From assembly GCA_038230075.1 (NCBI GenBank), contig JBBRNV010000002.1:62215-126214 (forward strand): 64,000 bases of DNA, in the 5' to 3' direction. The translations under genes were made by a program, and so were the position numbers. The first letter of the stretch is position 1; every line of letters starts with the position of its first letter. The notes under the pieces were generated by a model. It saw only the letters and a program-made list of their open reading frames with translations, ran no database searches and was not told the DNA's origin. This DNA comes from Minisyncoccia bacterium. Lineage in GTDB: Bacteria > Patescibacteriota > Minisyncoccia > Phycocordibacterales > CALRBL01. Positions 56,839 to 64,000 of this stretch are shown here, piece after piece.

Positions 56839-59283
56839 ATGAATTTACGATCATTTCTTCGGGGTACCATATTATCAGTTCTTTTATTAGTTCCGTTTGT
56901 AGGATTATTTGTTGATGACGCAGCATACTTTCCATTTATTACAGGAAAGAATGAGCTCTTCAGATTGTTGGTAGATATTGGTCTCATATTGTATGCGTGG
57001 TTGATACTCGATTGTTTATTCAACGCTAAGAGCGCAGATGCCTATAAACAATATATTCCAAAAGTAAACTTAGTGAGTGTTGCATTGTTTGCCTTCATGG
57101 CAATCATTTGTGTCGCTGACATTTTTGGAGCGAGCCCATCAAAAAGTTTTTGGAGTAATTTTGAACGAATGGAAGGATACATTACCTTCCTTCATTTGTT
57201 TGCCTACTTCATACTACTTTCAGCACTTATTAATAAAGAAATGATTTGGCGACGATTGATGCAAACAACACTTATTTCAAGTTTGTTTGTTGGTCTTGAT
57301 GCACTGAGTCGTGCAAAAGATACTATAGGACTTCAGGTTCTTGGACACCGGATATCGCAAGGACAAACGCTTCTCGGAGAAATCACAAAGCTTGGAAGTG
57401 GTGCTCTTCAAGATTACTACACTCGATTATCTAATTATCGACTCGATGGGGCACTTGGAAACTCAACGTATGTTGGAGTATTCGCAATGCTTAGCATCTT
57501 TTTGGCAATCTATCTTTCAGTTCGAATTCTCAGACGATCATTTAAAGAAACTCATGAATTTCATGGTGATTCAGAATACGACGAAGAAAAGCATCAGATT
57601 CCATCAATTGTTGCTATCGTATTATATGTAGCAATTTCACTCTTCAACTTCTATATTCTTTTCCACACAGGAACTCGAGGAGCAATGCTTGGATTCGCAG
57701 TTGGTATTGTTTTTGCAGCATTAATGTTTGCTGTATTTGAAAAGCGAGCACGAAAATTAAAAATGGCTGGTCTCACTATTGTTGTGTTAATTGTTGGTTT
57801 CGTTGGGGGGTTAATGATTTTCAAAGATAGCCAAGTTATTCAGTCGTCTCCACTCCTTAAACGATTCGCAGTTGTCTTCACGACTTCTCCATCTGAACTT
57901 CTTCAGACTGAAGGAAAGGCGCGAACAGGTATTTGGGCAATGGCGTGGCAGGGAACAAAAGAGCATCCACTTCTAGGATGGGGACAAGACAACTTCGGAT
58001 ATGTTTTTAGTAAGTACTACGATCCATCACTTTATAATCAGGAGCAGTGGTTTGATCGAGCACATAATGTATTCTTCGATTGGCTAACAGCCGGAGGATT
58101 TCTTGGTCTTCTCAGCTACCTTTCTCTCTATGGAGTTATCGTCTATGCACTCTGGTACAAACGACAGAATGGAAATCTTATATTCTCATTTGAAGAACGA
58201 GTGATTTTCACCGCTCTTTTGATGGCATACTTTATTCACAACTTCTTTGTATTCGACAGTATTACTAGTTACATTATTTTCTTCTCAATACTTGCTCTCA
58301 CTTCTGAACGAATTAGTACCAAGAAATCTGAACACGAAGCCACTGCTGTTCGAGAAGTTGAAAAGGAAAGTACGCTTGCTATGTTGATCCCTGTTGTTGC
58401 AGGAGTCTTCGCTATCTTCTCACTATATTTCGCAGTGTACGCTCCATATACCGCTTCTCACGATTTGATCACTGCTATTTCTCATCAACCAGATGCAAAA
58501 ACAGGCGTGACTCCAAACTATGACGCATTCGTGGCTGTGTTTAACAAGGGTTACATTGGTCAACAGGAAGGAAGAGAACAGCTTTCAAATACCTCACTTC
58601 AGATTTTCTCAATTCAACAGATTCCCGATGCAGATAAGAAAAAGTTCTATGACTTAGTTGCAAGTGAATACAAGAAACAAATCGAACAAACTCCTAATGA
58701 TGCACGTGTTCGACTTTTCTACGGTGCATTCCTTCAAAATGTTGGAAACACTGACGAAGCAGAAATTCATTTGAAAAAGGCTGTTGAATTATCACCATCA
58801 AAACAAACACTTCGTTATCAACTTGGATACCTCTATATTCAGACTGCAAAATACGACAGTGCTCTTGAACAATTTAAGACAGCATATAACTTAGCTACAT
58901 CTTCAGGTGAATCAGCACTTCTTTATTCACTCTCAGCAATTTACGCAAATAAGCTTGATGTCTCAGATAATTTGTTTGCGTCTCTAAAGACTGCAAAAAC
59001 TAATTCTGTCGATGAAATGCTCGCAAATCTTGATCGAATAAGTGATCCTCGAATTTATCAAGCATACATTCAAACAAAGCATTCTGAGAGGGTTGATGGA
59101 TGGGTGAGAAATCGAGAAGAGGCAATTAACGCATATGTAAGTGCGGGAAGAATCGATATTGCAGCAAGTCGAATTAAGGAATTAATCGAACTTATTCCTC
59201 AGTATAAAGATGTGGGTGAGAAGTATTTACAAGCACTTGGAGTTAGTACTTCAACAAGCACTGCAACTACCGTTAATCCATAG
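56839..59283 (+). CDS. O-antigen ligase/Wzy-like polymerase domain fused to C-terminal TPR repeats
   Basis: Multi-TM protein with an O-antigen-ligase-type loop (RAHNVFFDWLTAGGFLG) and a C-terminal TPR-like region. Confidence 0.6.
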   Translation: MNLRSFLRGTILSVLLLVPFVGLFVDDAAYFPFITGKNELFRLLVDIGLILYAWLILDCLFNAKSADAYKQYIPKVNLVSVALFAFMAIICVADIFGASPSKSFWSNFERMEGYITFLHLFAYFILLSALINKEMIWRRLMQTTLISSLFVGLDALSRAKDTIGLQVLGHRISQGQTLLGEITKLGSGALQDYYTRLSNYRLDGALGNSTYVGVFAMLSIFLAIYLSVRILRRSFKETHEFHGDSEYDEEKHQIPSIVAIVLYVAISLFNFYILFHTGTRGAMLGFAVGIVFAALMFAVFEKRARKLKMAGLTIVVLIVGFVGGLMIFKDSQVIQSSPLLKRFAVVFTTSPSELLQTEGKARTGIWAMAWQGTKEHPLLGWGQDNFGYVFSKYYDPSLYNQEQWFDRAHNVFFDWLTAGGFLGLLSYLSLYGVIVYALWYKRQNGNLIFSFEERVIFTALLMAYFIHNFFVFDSITSYIIFFSILALTSERISTKKSEHEATAVREVEKESTLAMLIPVVAGVFAIFSLYFAVYAPYTASHDLITAISHQPDAKTGVTPNYDAFVAVFNKGYIGQQEGREQLSNTSLQIFSIQQIPDADKKKFYDLVASEYKKQIEQTPNDARVRLFYGAFLQNVGNTDEAEIHLKKAVELSPSKQTLRYQLGYLYIQTAKYDSALEQFKTAYNLATSSGESALLYSLSAIYANKLDVSDNLFASLKTAKTNSVDEMLANLDRISDPRIYQAYIQTKHSERVDGWVRNREEAINAYVSAGRIDIAASRIKELIELIPQYKDVGEKYLQALGVSTSTSTATTVNP

Positions 59284-59402
59284 TAGTAGGCAATAAGGCC
59301 TAGAATATAAGCCATCCTTGACTTATATGACTAAAGATGCTATTGTCTCTGTATGTGAGAGTTGTTAATTAATGAGCTAACTCTTAACAAAGTAAATATC
59401 GC

Positions 59403-59432
59403 AAAAAACCGCCTTTGGGCGGTTTTTTGTTT
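59403..59432. terminator. Intrinsic terminator (A-tract, GC hairpin, T-tract)
   Basis: AAAAAACCGCCTTTGGGCGGTTTTTTGTTTT. Confidence 0.6.
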
Positions 59433-59600
59433 TCTTATTTTGACTATATAGAGAAGGTGTAGAGACAAGGGCTTGTTATTTATCGTAAGTTCACTATCAT
59501 ACATATGTATACGTTGTTTCAATTCACGGTCAGCGACTGCACTCACATAGATATTTACTTTGGAGTTAGCACCCGCTGACCATGTGTCGACGCAACAAAG

Positions 59601-59630
59601 TTAAAACGGCTTCGGCCGTTTTTTCTTTTT
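59601..59630 (+). terminator. Intrinsic terminator with a UUCG tetraloop
   Basis: AAAACGGCTTCGGCCGTTTTTTCTTTTT. Confidence 0.6.
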
Positions 59631-59777
59631 ACAGAAAAAGTTTTTCTTGAAATTCTTGATGTTGAAAAGAAAAATATATTTTATATTTTATTTATAATTA
59701 CAAAAAAGTTTTTATATTTTATTTTTTCTCACTCTTTTTAAAAAATAATTAATTTTATTTTCAAAAAAATAAAAAAG

Positions 59778-59786
59778 TTATCCACA
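59778..59786 (+). promoter_or_regulatory. Perfect DnaA box (TTATCCACA) within a 290-bp extremely AT-rich region (59640-59930)
   Basis: Exact consensus 9-mer. The surrounding 59640-59930 is visibly far more AT-rich than any other stretch in the window and contains an exact 14-bp palindrome, TTCATTGTAATGAA. Confidence 0.4.
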
Positions 59787-59932
59787 ACTTTCCATTAATT
59801 TCATTGTAATGAAATTTTATTTGTTAGATAATTGTTTTCAGAGTAAGCGCATATATATTTCAAAAAATATTTATTAATAAATACTTTTGAGGTCGGCGCG
59901 CATTACAATTTAAAAATAATTTTTATACTACA

Positions 59933-60010
59933 ATGGCAATGAAGAAAAAGGCAAAGAAAGTAGCTAAGAAGAAAGCAACAAAGAAGAAAGCAAAGAAAGC
60001 AAAACGATAA
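59933..60010 (+). CDS. 25-aa Lys/Ala-rich micro-protein (MAMKKKAKKVAKKKATKKKAKKAKR)
   Basis: Stand-alone ORF with a TATACT -10 element immediately upstream (leaderless-like) and its own intrinsic terminator. Confidence 0.35.
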   Translation: MAMKKKAKKVAKKKATKKKAKKAKR

Positions 60011-60027
60011 TCGTTTTCCCACTTAAC

Positions 60028-60058
60028 AAAGGCCTCCCGAAAGGGAGGTTTTTGTTTT
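60028..60058 (+). terminator. Intrinsic terminator with a GAAA tetraloop
   Basis: GGCCTCCCGAAAGGGAGGTTTTTGTTTT. Confidence 0.6.
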
Positions 60059-60118
60059 GCCTTAGTTATAGAGCCTGTTGGCTATTGCTACTATTTTTAA
60101 ACGGTGTGATATAGTGTT

Positions 60119-62680
60119 TTGACTATGTCATTAATCGATTCAATCAAAGGAATATTTTCAGGAAGAGACAAGCAAATTGTCGCCAAATACCGAAAAACTG
60201 CAGCAGTTATTGGTGGTTTTGAATCTGCAATGAAAGCACTTTCAAATGAAGGCTTAAAAGAAAAAACTAAAGAGTTTAAATTACGATTAGAAAAAGAAGA
60301 AACATTAGAGGCTATTTTGCCTGAAGCATTTGCTCTTGTTCGAGAAGCCGCGGTTCGAACACTTAATCAGCGTCACTACGATGTGCAACTTATTGGAGGC
60401 ATGATTATGCATTCATCAGGTATTGCTGAAATGAAAACAGGAGAAGGAAAGACCTTAGTGGCTACACTTCCTGCATATTTAAATGCACTCACTGGAAAAG
60501 GAGTTCACATTGTTACTGTTAATGATTATCTTTCAAGACGAGATGCTGTGTGGATGGGACAGATTTTTTCACTCCTTGGTCTTTCAGTTGGAGTGATTAA
60601 TCACGAAACTTCATTTTTGTACGATCCAACTCAAAAAGAAGATCCTGAAAAAGAAGCAGTCGCTTCATTTAAAGTGGTATATGATTTTCTACGACAGTGT
60701 TCTCGACGAGAAGCGTATGAAGCAGATATTACCTACGGAACAAACAATGAATTCGGTTTCGACTACTTACGAGACAACTTAGCCTACGACAATTCACAAC
60801 TTCGACAACGAGAATTTAATTGCGCCATTATCGACGAAATCGACTCCATCTTGATTGATGAGGCACGAACACCTCTTATTATTTCTCAGGCAGGAAATGA
60901 GTCAGAAAATCTCTATGCAACGTTTGCTGGTATTGCCAAGACAATGCAAGTTGAAACAGACTTCACCGTTGATGAAAAGCGAAAAGCAATTGTTTTGACT
61001 GATGAAGGAATTTCAAAAGCTGAAAAAGCACTTAATGTCGACAATATCTATACAACAGGAGGAATTAAGTACGTGCATCATTTAGAGAATGCTGTTCGAG
61101 CAAAGGCACTTTTCCTTTTAAATAAAGATTACGTTATTAAAGATGGAGAAATTATTATTGTTGATGAATTTACAGGGCGACTTCAAGCAGGAAGACGATG
61201 GTCAGAAGGATTACACCAGTCAATTGAAGCTAAAGAAGGGGTAACTGTACAACGTGAATCTCGAACGGCTGCATCTATTACTTATCAAAACTATTTCAAA
61301 CTGTATAAAAAGTTGTCAGGAATGACAGGAACAGCAAAAACCAGTGAAGAAGAGTTTTATAAGGTGTATGGTCTCGATGTTATTGAAGTGCCAACTAATA
61401 AAAAAATTGCTCGACTCGATAAAAACGATCTTATTTTTCAAACTGAAAAAGGAAAGTTTGTTGCAATCGCAAAAAAGATCAAAGAATTGAACGAAAAAGG
61501 TCAGCCAGTTCTTGTTGGAACGGTTTCTATTGAAAAAAATGAACTACTCTCACTCTACCTAAAGAAAGAGGGGATCGCTCACCAGATGCTTAATGCAAAG
61601 CCTGAATTTGCAGAAAAAGAAGGAGAAATTGTAGCTAATGCCGGAAGAAAAGGAGCGGTTACTATTGCAACAAACATGGCAGGACGAGGAGTTGATATTA
61701 AACTTGGAGGTCCACTCGCTGATATTAAGCTTGCAGACGACGTTAAGGCAGCCGGAGGACTCTTTGTGCTTGGAACAGAACGACATGAAGCACGACGAAT
61801 CGATAACCAGCTTCGAGGAAGATCAGGACGACAGGGAGATCCTGGGGAAACACAATTCTTTGTATCACTCGAAGACGAACTAATGCGAGTGTTTGCGACT
61901 GACACTGTTAAAAATTTGATGGGACGATTTGGTATTCCTGAAGAACAGCCTATTGAAAACTTCATGGTGACACGAGGTCTTGAAAGCGCTCAAACTCGAA
62001 TCGAAGGATTTCACTTTGATGCACGACGACACGTGCTCGATTTTGACAATGTGATGAATGAACAGCGACGATCGGTATATGAACGACGACGACGAATTTT
62101 ACTCGCTGAAGAAGCCTTCCTTAAAGAACAAGAAGTAATGCTTTTAGGTCTTGCAACAGATGAAGAACGAATTGCTATTGAAGGAAAGAAAGAAAAAGTT
62201 GGTCCTGCAGGCTTTCTTAATGTTATTCGAAATGTGCTTCTTCAGACAATCGACCTTTTCTGGATAGATCACTTAGAAATGATGGATCATTTACGATCAA
62301 GTGTGAATTTGCGAGGATACGGTCAGCGAGATCCATTAATTGAATATCGACGAGAAGGATTAATGCTCTATAAACAAATGCAGGCATCTATTGATAACGA
62401 AGCAATTAGAGTACTGCACTCAATGATTGTGGAGGAAGCACAGGCACAGCCGTCATTTTCTGTCACACCTATCAGTGGTCAATTAATTGAATCTCACGAA
62501 GGTGATCAGAAGGTAGGTGGTTCTCAGTCGTCTGCACAATTTTCAGCTGTAACTTCAACACTTGGAAAAGAACTCGGAAGAAATGATAAGGTCATGATGT
62601 CAAAAGGAGGGGAGAAGCGAGAAATGAAGGTAAAAAAAGTTGAAGAAATGTTAAAACAGGGTTGGATTATTGAGAAATAA
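60119..62680 (+). CDS. secA: Preprotein translocase ATPase SecA
   Basis: DEAD-like motor motifs (MKTGEGKTLV; DEIDSILIDEARTPLIIS) in an 853-aa protein. An alternative start lies at 60125. Confidence 0.95.
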   Translation: MTMSLIDSIKGIFSGRDKQIVAKYRKTAAVIGGFESAMKALSNEGLKEKTKEFKLRLEKEETLEAILPEAFALVREAAVRTLNQRHYDVQLIGGMIMHSSGIAEMKTGEGKTLVATLPAYLNALTGKGVHIVTVNDYLSRRDAVWMGQIFSLLGLSVGVINHETSFLYDPTQKEDPEKEAVASFKVVYDFLRQCSRREAYEADITYGTNNEFGFDYLRDNLAYDNSQLRQREFNCAIIDEIDSILIDEARTPLIISQAGNESENLYATFAGIAKTMQVETDFTVDEKRKAIVLTDEGISKAEKALNVDNIYTTGGIKYVHHLENAVRAKALFLLNKDYVIKDGEIIIVDEFTGRLQAGRRWSEGLHQSIEAKEGVTVQRESRTAASITYQNYFKLYKKLSGMTGTAKTSEEEFYKVYGLDVIEVPTNKKIARLDKNDLIFQTEKGKFVAIAKKIKELNEKGQPVLVGTVSIEKNELLSLYLKKEGIAHQMLNAKPEFAEKEGEIVANAGRKGAVTIATNMAGRGVDIKLGGPLADIKLADDVKAAGGLFVLGTERHEARRIDNQLRGRSGRQGDPGETQFFVSLEDELMRVFATDTVKNLMGRFGIPEEQPIENFMVTRGLESAQTRIEGFHFDARRHVLDFDNVMNEQRRSVYERRRRILLAEEAFLKEQEVMLLGLATDEERIAIEGKKEKVGPAGFLNVIRNVLLQTIDLFWIDHLEMMDHLRSSVNLRGYGQRDPLIEYRREGLMLYKQMQASIDNEAIRVLHSMIVEEAQAQPSFSVTPISGQLIESHEGDQKVGGSQSSAQFSAVTSTLGKELGRNDKVMMSKGGEKREMKVKKVEEMLKQGWIIEK

Positions 62681-62698
62681 TGTCTTCTGTATTATGAT

Positions 62699-63514
62699 GT
62701 GGGCATGAATATTCTCCACTCAATAATTTTTGGAATCGTCGAAGGAATTACTGAGTTTCTCCCTATCTCTTCAACTGCTCATCTTATTCTCACAGCGAAG
62801 ATTCTTCACATTGCTGACTCCGATTTCCTTAAAAGTTTCGAAATTATCATTCAATTAGGCTCTATTTTGGCTGCGGTATTGTATTTCGGAAAACGACTCC
62901 TTTCAAATATTGAACTCTTAAAGCGAGCTATTATTGGTTTTATTCCAACAGGAATTATTGGTTTGTTTCTTTATAAATATATTAAAAATGCTTTAGGAAG
63001 TGACGTTCATGTTGCGTGGACGCTTCTTATTGGAGGAATTTTAATTATCATTTTTGAAAAATACTATATTCGAGATGAGGTTGTTCAACCGGTAGCAACA
63101 GAAACAACAGATGGTGTTCAAAAAGTTGACGGTGTCGCTAGTCGAGTGTCACTTCTTCAAGCATTCTATATTGGATGCTTCCAGTGTCTCGCTCTTATTC
63201 CTGGGTTATCTCGATCGGCAGCAACTATTATCGGAGGGGAGTTGATTGGTGTGAAGAAACAAGATGCTGTTGATTTTACTTTCATGCTCGCAATTCCAAC
63301 CATGGCGGCAGCAACATTGTACGATCTATATAAGAACTATCATTTATTTAGTAGCGACCAAATTGGCGTTCTGTCTGTAGGATTTCTCACCTCATTTTTT
63401 GTTGCATATATCGCCATTGCATCATTTCTTCGATACATTAAGAAGAATTCATTTACTGCATTTGGATGGTATCGAGTTGTCGTTGGAATCTTCGCACTTT
63501 TGTTCATTGTATAA
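62699..63514 (+). CDS. uppP: Undecaprenyl-diphosphatase
   Basis: GIVEGITEFLPISSTAHL motif and an 8-TM protein. Confidence 0.9.
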   Translation: MGMNILHSIIFGIVEGITEFLPISSTAHLILTAKILHIADSDFLKSFEIIIQLGSILAAVLYFGKRLLSNIELLKRAIIGFIPTGIIGLFLYKYIKNALGSDVHVAWTLLIGGILIIIFEKYYIRDEVVQPVATETTDGVQKVDGVASRVSLLQAFYIGCFQCLALIPGLSRSAATIIGGELIGVKKQDAVDFTFMLAIPTMAAATLYDLYKNYHLFSSDQIGVLSVGFLTSFFVAYIAIASFLRYIKKNSFTAFGWYRVVVGIFALLFIV

Positions 63515-63553
63515 CTCTCATTTTATATGTGTGCGTGATATAATACACACAGT

Positions 63554-63769
63554 ATGGAACCAACAAATCAACAACTTGGGGAAGAGATTAAAGGAATGCA
63601 GGTAAAGATAGATGCAATTTATATTTCAGTTGAAAAAACACGTCGATATTTTTTAATAGTTACCATTCTTACTGTCGTTGTTACTGTTCTTCCTCTCATT
63701 GGATTAGTCTTCGCGATTCCGAAATTTCTTTCATCATATCAGGGGTACTCATCTCTTTTAGGTCAATAA
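63554..63769 (+). CDS. Hypothetical small membrane protein
   Basis: One TM helix. No motifs. Confidence 0.35.
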   Translation: MEPTNQQLGEEIKGMQVKIDAIYISVEKTRRYFLIVTILTVVVTVLPLIGLVFAIPKFLSSYQGYSSLLGQ

Positions 63770-63770
63770 T

Positions 63771-64000
63771 ATGTATTTTGGATCCTTCTCAAAACAAAAT
63801 GAAGAAGATCTTCGTGTAACTCTTGGCACCACTTTAAACGGTCTTTCAAAAGTAGATGCACGTAAGCGTTTTCTGATGTATGGTCCAAACGAGCTTAAAG
63901 AAAAGAAAGTTAATGTAATCGCTATTTTTCTTCGACAATTCTCATCAGTGTTCGTTCTTATTTTGTTTGTTGCAGGATTTTTATCACTTCTTGCCGGAGG
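63771..64000 (+). CDS. P-type cation-transporting ATPase, N-terminal fragment (continues beyond the window)
   Basis: The N-terminal cytoplasmic domain reads GLSKVDARKRFLMYGPNELKEKK, then the first TM helix. Confidence 0.6.
   Translation, partial: MYFGSFSKQNEEDLRVTLGTTLNGLSKVDARKRFLMYGPNELKEKKVNVIAIFLRQFSSVFVLILFVAGFLSLLAG

Noticed and set aside
59340-59546. 68-aa minus-strand ORF in the terminator and sRNA-like region
   Set aside because: It spans an intrinsic terminator and has no start context.
60001-60017. The AAAACGAT-AA-TCGTTTT palindrome as a separate protein-binding operator
   Set aside because: It overlaps the micro-ORF stop and lies just upstream of the main terminator. It is more simply part of the termination structure.
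1-64000. CRISPR arrays, rRNA genes, integrase/transposase genes and insertion sequences
   Set aside because: I found no repeat-spacer periodicity, no rRNA-like conserved blocks, and no recombinase or transposase ORFs. The GC island has no flanking integrase or obvious direct repeats.

Overview
This window reads as a low-GC bacterial chromosome segment. Genes are tightly packed, start codons lack Shine-Dalgarno sequences and sit in a TATATG-like context, and Arg is encoded almost exclusively by CGA. The ribosomal superoperon lacks rpmD (L30) and several ribosomal proteins carry Lys/Ala-rich tails, which is most consistent with a Candidate Phyla Radiation (Patescibacteria) genome. That lineage call is inference.

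Main contents, in order:
- fusA (EF-G).
- A ~2 kb GC-rich island with foreign codon usage, encoding a SAMHD1/dGTPase-like HD-domain protein.
- A small membrane protein followed by a ClpA/ClpB-like two-domain AAA+ protein whose first ATPase domain is degenerate.
- murF.
- tuf plus a colinear S10-spc-like ribosomal protein operon (rpsJ through rplO, then secY), followed by a Thr-rich membrane protein, adk and map.
- A 955-aa soluble VirD4/TraD/HerA-like FtsK-superfamily ATPase, then ndk with an insertion.
- A ~0.9 kb unexplained, structured, GC-richer non-coding region.
- A LivHMGF ABC transporter with no binding-protein gene.
- A trio of hypothetical protein, beta-CASP nuclease and SLOG/LOG-family protein.
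- A convergent rplT-rpmI-infC operon closed by a 31-bp perfect inverted-repeat terminator.
- A histidine phosphatase, HtrA, a bPH-domain membrane protein and small secreted proteins.
- A second, paralogous VirD4-like ATPase with a leaderless promoter.
- A ~14.7 kb minus-strand glycan/lipid-linked-sugar locus: two GT2, GT11 fucosyltransferase, GT4-like, RmlC-like, DegT aminotransferase, methyltransferase fusion, HAD-phosphatase::Wzx fusion, SMR/EamA-like 4-TM protein, GT-C, SDR epimerase and a UbiA-family DPPR-synthase-like enzyme.
- A divergent Wzy/O-antigen-ligase::TPR protein.
- A 290-bp extremely AT-rich region with one perfect DnaA box and a 25-aa Lys-rich micro-ORF, then secA, uppP and the start of a P-type ATPase.

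No CRISPR array, rRNA or complete tRNA was seen.
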